From NCBI GenBank assembly GCA_963667175.2, contig CAXXXF010000005.1, forward strand, positions 1 to 64,000: DNA of 64,000 bases. Direction: 5' to 3'. The DNA is from Candidatus Latescibacterota bacterium. GTDB lineage: Bacteria; Latescibacterota; UBA2968; GCA-2709665. The position numbers were made by a program, and so were the translations under genes. Positions within the stretch are counted from its first letter, which is position 1. Each line of letters begins with the position of its first letter. Below the pieces are notes generated by a model. The model had not been told where the DNA came from. It did not search any database and saw only the letters and a list, made by a program, of their open reading frames with translations. Positions 20,655 through 30,124 of the stretch are shown here, piece after piece.

Positions 20655-23057
20655 ATGACCCCGCGAGTCCTTATCAGGAAGTGCGCTGGATCGTTTCTTG
20701 TCGTTGCCCTGACGTTCTCCACCGTCTGGCCCGGTTTGTCCGGAGACTTCGACGGCGACGGAGACGTGGGCTTCTCGGACTTCCTCGCCTTTGCCAGGAA
20801 CTATGGTACGTCCCGGTCCGACGACGCCTTCGACGACCGGTTCGATCTGAATCTCGACGGTCAGGTCGGTTTCCGTGACTTCATTCTCTTCGCGGAGGCC
20901 TTTGGCGCGGCAACAGCCGACCTCCGCGAAGATCCCGTCTATCTGGAACAACAGATCAAGCACATCAGCGATCCCGATCTCTTCGCCGCGATGGATCTGA
21001 ACCGCGCCGGGCTCGAGGACGTAAAACGCGCCGTCGACCGGGGGGACTACGCCGCCGCCTATAAGGCGTGGGGAATCTACTGGGACACCCGGCCCGGATT
21101 CGCCTATATCAACGTCGGCGTCCCCTATTACACCATTGATGAGGCGTTTCAGTACTTCAGCACGAGAAACTATACGGCGGCGGCGGACCGGGTGGCCGCG
21201 CACAACATCACGGGATGGGGCGGCGTCACGATCCAGCACGGTCCTGTTGTCGATTTCAACGCGGATTACGGCAGAAGCGGCAAATACGGGTTTCACTATT
21301 GGGGTTGGTCGGGGCCGCTTCTGTGGGCGTACATGGGCACGCGCGACACGAAGTACCTGGATGCATTCGACAAACTCTTCAATCAGTGGTACGAGCAGCG
21401 GGACGACGTCGTTGGCGCGTACGAGCACCTGGACCCGATCTGGTACGAACTCGGCCTCGGGTCGCGCCGGAACCGCGTGTTTCTGGAATTCTACCGGCTG
21501 AACCGCGGGCGCCTTACGGTACGGACTCACGAGCGGATTCTCAAGAATTATCTCGGTTCCGCGCGCTGGCTGTACGAACTGGAAAAGCAGGGCTACCGCT
21601 CGGGCAACTGGCAGGTCATGGGGTCGTACGCCCTCGCGGAACTGGGGCTCAACCTGCCTGAGTTCAGGGAGTCGCAACGGTGGGTTTCGCAGGGCGTTTA
21701 CCGGATTGAAGAGCATCTCCGAAAGGACTTCTATGAAGACGGCTGTCATTCCGAGCGCTGCCCGTCCAGCTATTCCACAATCGTCTACCGCGACCCGCGA
21801 AACCTGGCCTACCTCCTTGAACGGTTCGGTGGCCATGAAGATCGGGCGGCCGCCCTGCGCCCGCCGCTGGAACGTACGCTGAACCACTGGATGTACCTGA
21901 TCAGCCCCCTCGGCACACAGCCTGCCGTCAACGACGGCGGCCGGGGCCGTTTCGATCGGAACATCTTCATCGACGGCGGGCGGGCCTACAATCGGCCGGA
22001 TCTGCTCTGGGTAGCCAGGAACCTGCTCGGCGCCGATATCGACGACGAGATCCTGCCGCCGGCCGGAACGTCGATCGATTTCAGGCCGTCGGGCTTCGCC
22101 GTAATGCGCAAGGATTGGACGCCGGAGAGTCCTTATCTGGTTATCAACTACGGGGAGTACGGCGGCGGGCATTCCCATCCCGACGTCCTCAGCTTCGAAC
22201 TCTTCGCGTACGGCAACGCGCTGGCGGTCGACGCCGGGATCGGCGTCAGCTACGACGACCCGCTCCACCGCCCCTGGTACAAGACGTCCATGGCGCACAA
22301 TATGCTCGTGATTGACGACGCGAACCTGGATCGCAGGATTGCCGTGGGCGAGAATCCCGTCTGGAGCAGTCAGGAAGGCATGGACTACTTTGCCGCCGAA
22401 CACCAGGGATACCGCGCCCTGGGCGTCCGGCATCGCCGGCACTTCCTGTTCATCAAACCGGCTGGCCCCGCGCGCGAAACGAATCCTTATTTCCTGGTAT
22501 TCGATGCGTTCTCCTCAGACGCCCAACGTCGAAGAGCATCCTTCCTGCTGCACTCCCCAACCCCGCTGCAGCGAGGCGGGACCGCCGTGTATTCCACCGA
22601 GGCGCCCGGTCTGTTGGTTGCCACGCCCGATGCACCGTCCGTTCGAGTTGGTACCGGCATGGCGCATCTCGGCGGAATTCCGAACCAGCGCCCCGCCCGG
22701 CGGCCCATCCGGTGGGCATCGCTCGACGTGATGACTTCCGGCGAAGGCCGGGTGAGCGACCTCGCGGTGGTCCTCTATCCCTTCCGACAGATGCCGCTGC
22801 CCAAAGTGGGGGTCCGCCGAGGGGAGAACGGAGGGCCGGGCGGTACGGCGTACCTGCTCGTGGAGCACGGGGGCATCGTGGATCACATCGTCATTTCCGA
22901 CGGATCCTACCGCACCTTCGGCGCGGACGACCTTGGCACGGATGCGATTTGCGCCGTCGTCAGGACGGGTTCCGACGGCAGTTACCGATCACACGCGGCC
23001 GTTTCGGGTACGAGGTTGACGTTTAACGACTGGCGCCTGGCCGTGACGTCGCCTTGA
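20655..23057 (+). CDS. Secreted heparinase II/III-family polysaccharide lyase with N-terminal EF-hand/dockerin-like module
   Basis: Signal peptide; GDFDGDGDVGFSDFLAFA and DLNLDGQVGFRDFILFA; lyase motifs GNWQ, DGCHSERCPSSY, SGFAVMR, GHSHPDVLSF, AHN. Confidence 0.85.
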   Translation: MTPRVLIRKCAGSFLVVALTFSTVWPGLSGDFDGDGDVGFSDFLAFARNYGTSRSDDAFDDRFDLNLDGQVGFRDFILFAEAFGAATADLREDPVYLEQQIKHISDPDLFAAMDLNRAGLEDVKRAVDRGDYAAAYKAWGIYWDTRPGFAYINVGVPYYTIDEAFQYFSTRNYTAAADRVAAHNITGWGGVTIQHGPVVDFNADYGRSGKYGFHYWGWSGPLLWAYMGTRDTKYLDAFDKLFNQWYEQRDDVVGAYEHLDPIWYELGLGSRRNRVFLEFYRLNRGRLTVRTHERILKNYLGSARWLYELEKQGYRSGNWQVMGSYALAELGLNLPEFRESQRWVSQGVYRIEEHLRKDFYEDGCHSERCPSSYSTIVYRDPRNLAYLLERFGGHEDRAAALRPPLERTLNHWMYLISPLGTQPAVNDGGRGRFDRNIFIDGGRAYNRPDLLWVARNLLGADIDDEILPPAGTSIDFRPSGFAVMRKDWTPESPYLVINYGEYGGGHSHPDVLSFELFAYGNALAVDAGIGVSYDDPLHRPWYKTSMAHNMLVIDDANLDRRIAVGENPVWSSQEGMDYFAAEHQGYRALGVRHRRHFLFIKPAGPARETNPYFLVFDAFSSDAQRRRASFLLHSPTPLQRGGTAVYSTEAPGLLVATPDAPSVRVGTGMAHLGGIPNQRPARRPIRWASLDVMTSGEGRVSDLAVVLYPFRQMPLPKVGVRRGENGGPGGTAYLLVEHGGIVDHIVISDGSYRTFGADDLGTDAICAVVRTGSDGSYRSHAAVSGTRLTFNDWRLAVTSP

Positions 23058-23239
23058 AAACGACGCGCAACGGGGCCAGAACGGGCATCTATTGTCTTCC
23101 GCGTGGAAGCGTCCCTTTGCGATTCCGGTGTGAATCGACCTCTGCCAAGGGCGACAACGATGAATTCCATATCGCCGCATCTCTACTTTTGTGCAGGATT
23201 CACCCGGAATTCGATAAATTGGAAATTTGAAATTTTCCC

Positions 23240-23267
23240 TTGACAACTCAATATTTTGTATTATAAT
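23240..23267 (+). promoter_or_regulatory. sigma70 promoter of nrdR(-nrdJ)
   Basis: TTGACA (23240-23245), 16 nt, TATAAT (23262-23267). Confidence 0.75.
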
Positions 23268-23276
23268 AGCATCACC

Positions 23277-23321
23277 CCACAATATAGGGTCCTTCAACCC
23301 CAAGGACCCTATATCTGTCCC
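23277..23321. promoter_or_regulatory. Tandem NrdR-box-like operator
   Basis: CCACAATATAGGGTCC and ACCCTATATCTGTCCC resemble acaCwAtATaTwGtgt. Together they form the 13-bp inverted repeat ATATAGGGTCCTT/AAGGACCCTATAT. Confidence 0.55.
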
Positions 23322-23357
23322 TATCCCCACTCTCGGTGAAGTTTCGGGAGAATTCCC

Positions 23358-23822
23358 ATGAGGTGTCCCTACTGTGGAACAGTGGAGGACAAGGTCGTGG
23401 ACTCCAGGTCCAGCAAGGAGGCAACGGCCATACGCAGACGCAGGGAGTGTCTGAGTTGCGGCCGACGGTTTACAACCTACGAATCCATCGAAGACACGCC
23501 GCTAATGGTGGTCAAATCCGACGGTCGACGCGAACCTTTCAATAAAGAAAAGCTCTTTTCCAAGTTGCATCTCGCCTGCAACAAACGGCCCATCTCTATG
23601 GACCGGCTCGAAGAAATCGCAGACCGGATCGAAGCCGGGCTGAGCGGCACCGGTGAACGGGAGGTGGAGGCCAACGATATCGGCGAGCTGGTCATTAACG
23701 AACTCAAAGAGCTGGACCAGGTCGCCTATGTCCGTTTTGCATCGGTCTACAGACAGTTCGAAGACCTGAGCGACTTCGAAAGGGAACTCCGGCAACTCGC
23801 TTCCCCTCAAGCAGGCGACTGA
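23358..23822 (+). CDS. nrdR: Transcriptional repressor NrdR
   Basis: MRCPYC...VVDSR...IRRRRECLSCGRRFTTYE, ATP cone, AYVRFASVYRQF. Confidence 0.97.
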   Translation: MRCPYCGTVEDKVVDSRSSKEATAIRRRRECLSCGRRFTTYESIEDTPLMVVKSDGRREPFNKEKLFSKLHLACNKRPISMDRLEEIADRIEAGLSGTGEREVEANDIGELVINELKELDQVAYVRFASVYRQFEDLSDFERELRQLASPQAGD

Positions 23823-24012
23823 ACCAGATTTCCTCCCCTTGCCCCACGTAACGCGGACGCGCCATTCCCCTTCAGATGCGTCTTCATCACTCGTTTTATT
23901 TGCCTGCGGCATCGAAATAACGGCCGGGAAGGAAAAATACGGCTGTAAACGTAGCGTAGGTCCAGTGTCCGGTCCCCCAAATGTGTTGCCACTCATCCGC
24001 CGATTCATCCCG

Positions 24013-24045
24013 CCTGCCTGCGCCAGGCAACGCGCGGCAGGCAGG
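24013..24045. repeat. REP-like palindrome
   Basis: CCTGCCTGCG...GCAGGCAGG, same family as 502-563 and 38719-38750. Confidence 0.55.
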
Positions 24046-24237
24046 TCTCGCCGCGTCGCTTGCGCTACGCTTGCCGAAGTGGCCTTTCGACGTGCCTTCG
24101 TTCACTGACGTTGCCGACCGGGCGGCCCGGCGGCAGAAAAGGGGCGATCAGTTTCCGGGACAGGACACTGACCAGGCGGGTTTCTTTATTGTTTCGCCAT
24201 TTCAAAACGATCCCAGATACTTGGAGGAAGTCCCCCT

Positions 24238-27200
24238 ATGAAGCTCGAACGCAGGCATACGATACCCGGCCAGGATCCATTGGACCAGGTCGATTATGTA
24301 CAGAAAACATCCGTTATCACCAACCCCGACGGGTCTGAAGTCTTTCGCATGGACCACGCGGAAGTTCCGGCTGGGTGGTCCCAGTTGGCAACGGATATCG
24401 TCGTATCCAAATATTTCAGAAAACGGGGCGTGCCGGAAACCGGACACGAAACTTCCGTCCGCCAGGTGATGCGCCGCGTGGCCCATACCATCCGCAGGGC
24501 CGGCGAGGACCAGGGAGGATACTTCGACTCAGCCGAAGACGCGGAGACCTTCGAGGCGGAACTTGCGTACCATCTCGTACATCAAAAGGGCGCTTTCAAC
24601 TCGCCGGTCTGGTTCAACTGCGGACTGTACCACGAATACGGCATTCAAGGCAGCGGCGGAAACTGGTACTGGGACAGCGACCGGGACTGTGTGTCGGAAA
24701 CCGAAGATTCTTATTCGCATCCGCAGTGCTCCGCCTGCTACATACAGTCCGTCCAGGACGACACCATGGGCATTTTTGAATTGCTGAAGAGCGAAGTGCG
24801 CCTCTTCAAATACGGATCCGGAACCGGTACTAATTTCTCGAAGATCCGCGGGAAAATGGAAAAGCTCTCCGGTGGCGGCGTTTCATCCGGCCTGATGTCC
24901 TTTCTGGAAGTCCTCGACAAAGGCGCCGGCGCCATCAAGTCAGGCGGGACGACGCGGCGAGCCGCCAAAATGGTCTGTCTGGACATGGATCACCCCGAAA
25001 TTTCCGACTTTATCAACTGGAAAGTGAAAGAAGAGAAAAAGGTAGCCGCCCTTATGGCCGCCGGCTACAGTTCCGACTTCAACGGCGAGGCCTACCAGAC
25101 CGTTTCCGGCCAGAACTCCAACAACTCCGTACGCGTCACCGACGCATTTATGCAGGCCTGCAAAGACGACGGCGAATGGCACACCCGGCTGCGCACAACC
25201 GGCGAAGTCTACGAAACCCACAAAGCGCGCGATCTCATGCATCAGATCGGAGAGGCCGCCTGGGCCTGCGCCGATCCCGGCATGCAGTACGACAGCACCA
25301 TCAACCACTGGCACACGTGCGCCAACACCGACCGGATCTACGGGTCCAATCCGTGTTCGGAGTTCATGTTCCTCGACGACACGGCATGCAACCTGGCATC
25401 CATCAACCTCATGAAGTTCCTCAACAACGACGGCACATTCGACGTCGACGGATTCCGATATGCCTGCAGGATCTTTTTCGTCGCCCAGGAAATTCTGGTT
25501 GATTTCGCGTCTTATCCCACCCGAGTGATCGCGCGGAACAGCCACGATTACCGACCCCTGGGTCTCGGCTACGCCAACCTGGGAACGCTTCTGATGGTAC
25601 TTGGATTGCCCTACGACAGCGACGGGGCACGGGCCATCTGCGCCGCCATCACTGCAATCATGTGTGGTCAGGCCTACGTGACCTCAGCCCGCATGGCGGC
25701 CGATAAGGGTCCGTTTCCGGGCTTCGAAAAGAACCGCGCTCCCATGCTGAACGTCATGAACATGCACCGGGACGCCGCTTACAATATCGATGCCCACGCC
25801 TGCCCCCGAGACCTGCTTCGCGCCGCCCGGGAAGACTGGGACCTGGCGGTAGAGCTGGGCGAAAAGTACGGCTATCGCAATGCGCAGGCCACGGTGATCG
25901 CGCCCACGGGCACCATCGGCCTTCTGATGGATTGCGACACCACCGGTATCGAACCCGATTTCGCTCTGGTCAAATTCAAAAAGCTCGCCGGCGGCGGCTA
26001 TTTCAAAATTGTCAACCACGCTGTGCCGAAGGCCCTGGAGCGACTCGGTTATTCGCCCGCACAAATCGCTGACGTTCTCAACTATCTCTGCGGCAGGCTC
26101 TCGCTGAAAGACGCGCCGCATGTCAACGTCGAATCGTTAATGGCGAAGGGCTTCGGCCCTGGAGATCTGAAAAAGGCGGAAGGCGCGCTGCCCGGTGTGC
26201 TTGAACTGGAATTCGCCTTCACACCCTGGATTCTTGGAGAAGGCCTGATGAAACGTCTTGGCTTTTCTCCGGAACAGTACGGCACTCCCGGATTCAATCT
26301 GCTCGCTGAACTCGGATTCAACGAGACACAAATCAACGAAGCCAACGAATTCATCTGCGGCCGGATGACCGTTGAAGGCGCGCCTCACCTCAAGGACGAG
26401 CATCTGCCCATATTCGACTGCGCGAACAAGTGCGGCAAACATGGCAAACGCTTTATTGCCCCCATGGCCCACCTCGGTATGATGTCCGCCGCCCAGGAGT
26501 TTATTTGCGGCGCCATTTCCAAGACCGTAAACGTCCCCGGCGAAACCACCGCCGGAGAGATTGAAGACCTTTACGTCAAGGGTTGGAATCTGGGGTTAAA
26601 GGCTGTTGCCATTTACCGGGACGGCTCCAAACTCTCCCAGCCGTTGAGTACGGCTGCCAAATCCGACGCTGAAGAGGAAACCGACGAAGCGGAAGCGTCA
26701 CGCGATGAGTCAGTGGCTGGCGCATCCGGAAAAACAACGCCAGCGCCTGTTCCGTTGGCGACGCGGCCCACAAGAAGACGCCTCCCTAAAAAACGGCATG
26801 GATTCACCCAGGAAGCGCGTGTGGCCAATCAAAAGGTCTTCTTGCGCACGGGTGAATACGAAGACGGGACACTCGGCGAAATCTTCATCGACATGAGCAA
26901 AGAGGGTGCGCCTTTCCGCGCCATGCTGGACTGCTTCGCCATTGCCATTTCCAAAGGTCTGCAACACGGTGTGCCCCTCGAGGAGTTCGTGGACCGCCTC
27001 ACTTTTACCCGTTTCGAACCCTGGGGAGCCGTCGATCACCCCAACATAAAATTCGCAACCTCCGTCATCGATTATATCTTCCGTGTCCTCGGCTATGAAT
27101 ACCTTGGTCGGACCGACTTTCTGCAAGTCAAACCGGAAGATATCGCTCCGGACATCAACGACCACCAGGATTTGGAATCCGAGGTGATTTCACTCTCTTC

Positions 27201-27504
27201 CCAGAGTTCCGTGTCGCCCGGCGAACCCGCCGAAACACAGAGCGCTTCCCCGCCCGCAGACCCCACGCCGAAAGCCAATCCGGCGTCCAACGGCGCCGGG
27301 AGTGTCGGTTCGCAACAACCGGCGAGGAACGGGTCGTCGTCCCAGGCGGAAACGCATGCGCATCCTCAAACGATGGTCCTGGACGATCAACTCTCGCGGA
27401 TGATGGGAGATGCGCCCTTTTGCGACACGTGCGGGCACATTACGGTCCGTAACGGTTCGTGCTATCGCTGTCTGAATTGCGGGAATTCGGTGGGCTGTTC
27501 GTAA
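24238..27504 (+). CDS. nrdJ: Vitamin B12-dependent (class II) ribonucleotide reductase
   Basis: FNSPVWFN, PQCSACYI, GGTTRRAAKM, NPCSE, APTGTI, GAISKTVN, YRDGSK, TSCPD-type domain and terminal CxxC...CxxC. Confidence 0.95.
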   Translation: MKLERRHTIPGQDPLDQVDYVQKTSVITNPDGSEVFRMDHAEVPAGWSQLATDIVVSKYFRKRGVPETGHETSVRQVMRRVAHTIRRAGEDQGGYFDSAEDAETFEAELAYHLVHQKGAFNSPVWFNCGLYHEYGIQGSGGNWYWDSDRDCVSETEDSYSHPQCSACYIQSVQDDTMGIFELLKSEVRLFKYGSGTGTNFSKIRGKMEKLSGGGVSSGLMSFLEVLDKGAGAIKSGGTTRRAAKMVCLDMDHPEISDFINWKVKEEKKVAALMAAGYSSDFNGEAYQTVSGQNSNNSVRVTDAFMQACKDDGEWHTRLRTTGEVYETHKARDLMHQIGEAAWACADPGMQYDSTINHWHTCANTDRIYGSNPCSEFMFLDDTACNLASINLMKFLNNDGTFDVDGFRYACRIFFVAQEILVDFASYPTRVIARNSHDYRPLGLGYANLGTLLMVLGLPYDSDGARAICAAITAIMCGQAYVTSARMAADKGPFPGFEKNRAPMLNVMNMHRDAAYNIDAHACPRDLLRAAREDWDLAVELGEKYGYRNAQATVIAPTGTIGLLMDCDTTGIEPDFALVKFKKLAGGGYFKIVNHAVPKALERLGYSPAQIADVLNYLCGRLSLKDAPHVNVESLMAKGFGPGDLKKAEGALPGVLELEFAFTPWILGEGLMKRLGFSPEQYGTPGFNLLAELGFNETQINEANEFICGRMTVEGAPHLKDEHLPIFDCANKCGKHGKRFIAPMAHLGMMSAAQEFICGAISKTVNVPGETTAGEIEDLYVKGWNLGLKAVAIYRDGSKLSQPLSTAAKSDAEEETDEAEASRDESVAGASGKTTPAPVPLATRPTRRRLPKKRHGFTQEARVANQKVFLRTGEYEDGTLGEIFIDMSKEGAPFRAMLDCFAIAISKGLQHGVPLEEFVDRLTFTRFEPWGAVDHPNIKFATSVIDYIFRVLGYEYLGRTDFLQVKPEDIAPDINDHQDLESEVISLSSQSSVSPGEPAETQSASPPADPTPKANPASNGAGSVGSQQPARNGSSSQAETHAHPQTMVLDDQLSRMMGDAPFCDTCGHITVRNGSCYRCLNCGNSVGCS

Positions 27505-27522
27505 CACGAGTCAATTATAAGG

Positions 27523-27562
27523 AAGAAGGGCCGGACAGTTTTCCGTCCGGCCCTTCTTTTTT
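27523..27562. terminator. Bidirectional Rho-independent terminator
   Basis: AAGAAGGGCCGGAC-agttttcc-GTCCGGCCCTTCTT then TTTT, between convergent genes. Confidence 0.8.
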
Positions 27563-27576
27563 CCGTCCTGAAACCC

Positions 27577-28176
27577 TCACTCACCGGTCGAGCGAGGCAA
27601 GAATGCCGCCGTACCCGCGTGGCAGGTCGCGCAGGCAACCGGCTTTCCGTCCGTAGTCATCAACGTCCCCTGGTAGTGGTCCATCATGTATTTGGCCATC
27701 AGCTTGTGCTTCGTCGGCTGCTCCGGAGCGAGACGCCCGTCTTCACGCCGGACGTGGCAGTATTCGCAGTTTACTCCGAGCGCCTTCTCAATGGCTTTCA
27801 TCTTCCTGAAAATCTCCCGCCGGGGCATCCGCTCGGACAAATTGGAAGGCTTCGCGTTCTCGACGTCACGCGGCATAAACCTGCTCTTGCCCTGGTGGCA
27901 GGACATGCAATCCAGCGACTTCCCATCTGCGGTTTGCAGGCCGTCCACAAAGTGAACCTTCATATGGACGGCTGTCTCCTTGAACAGGGAATGCGCCTCG
28001 AAATCAGGTCTTCCATCCGGCCTCCGCGCGGTGTGACAGTGACTACACTGTACCCCGAGCGATCCGGCGATTCGCTCCATGTTCTCTTCGCTGGTGTCCA
28101 GCACGTGTTCCCGGTCGGCGTGGGCGAAAGCCGCCGAGATTCCCGTGACAACCGCAAGCAGGAACAATTTCGTCAT
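27577..28176 (-). CDS. Periplasmic tetraheme c-type cytochrome (PufC-like repeats)
   Basis: Signal peptide (AFAHA); four CxxCH motifs (CSHCH, CMSCH, CEYCH, CATCH) in two internal repeats M-x2-I-x3-LGV-x-CxxCH...CxxCH-x-G. Confidence 0.8.
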   Translation of the reverse strand: MTKLFLLAVVTGISAAFAHADREHVLDTSEENMERIAGSLGVQCSHCHTARRPDGRPDFEAHSLFKETAVHMKVHFVDGLQTADGKSLDCMSCHQGKSRFMPRDVENAKPSNLSERMPRREIFRKMKAIEKALGVNCEYCHVRREDGRLAPEQPTKHKLMAKYMMDHYQGTLMTTDGKPVACATCHAGTAAFLPRSTGE

Positions 28177-28278
28177 GAACCCTCCCAGAGCGAAATACCC
28201 CGGTAACGACGGCACCAGCCGCGTTGCTCAGCCAGACCCGGCGCAGGCATGTGTACGTCCGGTGCGTTTCATCACGAC

Positions 28279-29640
28279 TCAGTTCACGCTGCCGGCAATG
28301 ACGGACCGCCCGTCGACACCGGGAGGGACGTTCAGACCGACGGCGTCAAAAAGCGTCGGGAATACGTCGATCACGCGAATCCGTGGCATTAGATCCACCT
28401 TGCGATTGATAAAAAACATCGCGTCCGAGAAGGTATGGGCGCCGTTTACAGGACCGCGTTCCATCAGTTCGTCTTTGTCGAATCCACCCTTCAAATCATA
28501 TCCGTCCACCGGCATCGCCACCAGATCCGGCGCCAGGCCACAGGCATCGCCGGTGTAGAGTTCCTCACGCCTGAAGATCCTCCGGATCACACGTTCACCC
28601 GTTGTCGGGTTGCGGAGTTCCATCAGCCCGTCGGCGACGTCCTGTCTCAACGACTCGTACTCCGCCCCGGGCGCTACGCATCCCCCGCGTTCTCGGCCGC
28701 GCAAAGAGAGATAAATGCGCCCGGGAAAAAGCGAGTAACATCGCGTGTCAGGTCCAAGGTCGCGCAGTCCACTTGCCGTTTTTCCGGGGTGACGGAGATA
28801 ACCGGCCTGGCGCAACCAGTAATTCAGATGCACTTCATACTTCAATTTACAAAATCCATGGTCAGAGACAATCATCATCATCACGTCGTCGTCAAGGCGG
28901 TTCGCGACTTCACCGATGGCACGATCAACCCTGGCATAAAACCGGTTGAACCAGGGCAGATAGGCCTCGCTGCCGTCCTCAACAAGGCCCCACAGAAAAT
29001 GGTGCAATCTGTCCGTTTCCAGAACATGCGCGACAAACAGGTCCCATGGCTCCTGGTCCAGAAACTCGAACATCGCGTCGAACCGCCGTTCCATAGCCTG
29101 GAAGACATCATCCAGAAATCTTTCCGTGTCACGGCGGGCAAGCCACGCGTCGACGTCGATTCGGTACCCCATTGCGGACAGCCGGCCCGCCACCTCGGGG
29201 GGATAGGTTGCCCGGTTCAGATCCGGCGCCAGAAAACCTGAAATCTGAATGCCGTTCACCGGTTTTGGGGGGTAGGTCGTCGGCACGCCCATGGAAAAGA
29301 CACGCCCGCCCATCCCGCTGAAAATTTCCGTCCAGGTCCGGGCTCGCATGGTTCCGGACGTCGGGATGTACATTTCATGGGTCTGCGGCACACGATCGAT
29401 GAAGCCATAGATATTGTGCCTGCCCGGATTGCATCCGGTGACCAGCGACGCCCAGGCCACCGACGATACCGTAGGCAATACGGACTCCATAGCCGCCAGG
29501 GTTCCGCCCTGCAGCAGGTTCGCGAAATTCGGCATCAGGCCGTCGGAGACCAGCCGGTGGATCAGACTGCACGGCGTGCCATCCAGGCCGATAATCATCG
29601 CCCGCAAGGGCCCGATTCGAGGGTGGTCGGCCGAAATCAT
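28279..29640 (-). CDS. Alkaline phosphatase superfamily / nucleotide pyrophosphatase-phosphodiesterase
   Basis: IIGLDG, PTVSSVAW...TGCNPGRHNIYGF, DRLHH, VSDHGF, GAH. Confidence 0.88.
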   Translation of the reverse strand: MISADHPRIGPLRAMIIGLDGTPCSLIHRLVSDGLMPNFANLLQGGTLAAMESVLPTVSSVAWASLVTGCNPGRHNIYGFIDRVPQTHEMYIPTSGTMRARTWTEIFSGMGGRVFSMGVPTTYPPKPVNGIQISGFLAPDLNRATYPPEVAGRLSAMGYRIDVDAWLARRDTERFLDDVFQAMERRFDAMFEFLDQEPWDLFVAHVLETDRLHHFLWGLVEDGSEAYLPWFNRFYARVDRAIGEVANRLDDDVMMMIVSDHGFCKLKYEVHLNYWLRQAGYLRHPGKTASGLRDLGPDTRCYSLFPGRIYLSLRGRERGGCVAPGAEYESLRQDVADGLMELRNPTTGERVIRRIFRREELYTGDACGLAPDLVAMPVDGYDLKGGFDKDELMERGPVNGAHTFSDAMFFINRKVDLMPRIRVIDVFPTLFDAVGLNVPPGVDGRSVIAGSVN

Positions 29641-29714
29641 GGAAAATGGCGGACGTGAAAAAACCTCTGGTTCACAACCGACAGGGAACCAAAGGCGAGA
29701 GATAGCGAAAAAAG

Positions 29715-29792
29715 TGGGGTGAGTGAGGGGACTTGAACCCCCGACCTCCTGGGCCACAACCAGGCGCTCTAACCATCTGAGCTACACCCACC
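29715..29792 (-). tRNA. tRNA-His (GTG)
   Basis: GGTGGGTGTAGCTCAGATGGTTAGAGCGCCTGGTTGTGGCCCAGGAGGTCGGGGGTTCAAGTCCCCTCACTCACCCCA; G-1:C73, encoded CCA. Confidence 0.96.
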
Positions 29793-29808
29793 ACGAACTG
29801 CCACAATA

Positions 29809-29882
29809 CACTCCCGGCAGGACTCGAACCTGCGACCTACTGCTTAGAAGGCAGTTGCTCTATCCAGCTGAGCTACGGGAGC
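29809..29882 (-). tRNA. tRNA-Arg (TCT)
   Basis: GCTCCCGTAGCTCAGCTGGATAGAGCAACTGCCTTCTAAGCAGTAGGTCGCAGGTTCGAGTCCTGCCGGGAGTG; no encoded CCA. Confidence 0.95.
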
Positions 29883-29926
29883 CACAAGTCCGGCACACGA
29901 AGCCGTCCGTTGAAAAGCGGTGGTTA

Positions 29927-29955
29927 AAGATAGCCCAATCGCCCGGCGGTGTCAA
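29927..29955 (-). promoter_or_regulatory. sigma70 promoter of tRNA-Arg/tRNA-His
   Basis: Minus strand TTGACA, 17 nt, TATCTT. Confidence 0.65.
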
Positions 29956-30033
29956 GCGAAAACAGCGCGACGGCGGGCTATGTAAAGATATGTAAATTTG
30001 GGCTCTATGTCGTATCGCGAATCAAAATCCGTC

Positions 30034-30062
30034 TTGCCATGCAGACCCATGTAAGGTATATT
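30034..30062 (+). promoter_or_regulatory. sigma70-type promoter upstream of the TGA-containing barrel gene
   Basis: TTGCCA (30034-30039), 17 nt, TATATT (30057-30062). Confidence 0.5.
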
Positions 30063-30124
30063 TCAACCCGTAAAACCCGGACGCCAGCCTCCCGTTCAAG
30101 AACCAGAGATCGAGGAAACCCGGT

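Noticed and set aside
23823-24237. Cobalamin riboswitch before the B12-dependent nrdJ
   Set aside because: Only scattered fragments (GGGAA, GCCAC) are present; I could not assemble the conserved riboswitch core.
24238-27504. Intein or intron in nrdJ
   Set aside because: The frame is continuous with no splice or homing-endonuclease motifs; the extra length comes from low-complexity linkers.
27577-28176. Phototrophy inferred from the PufC-like cytochrome
   Set aside because: No reaction-centre or bacteriochlorophyll genes are present in the window.
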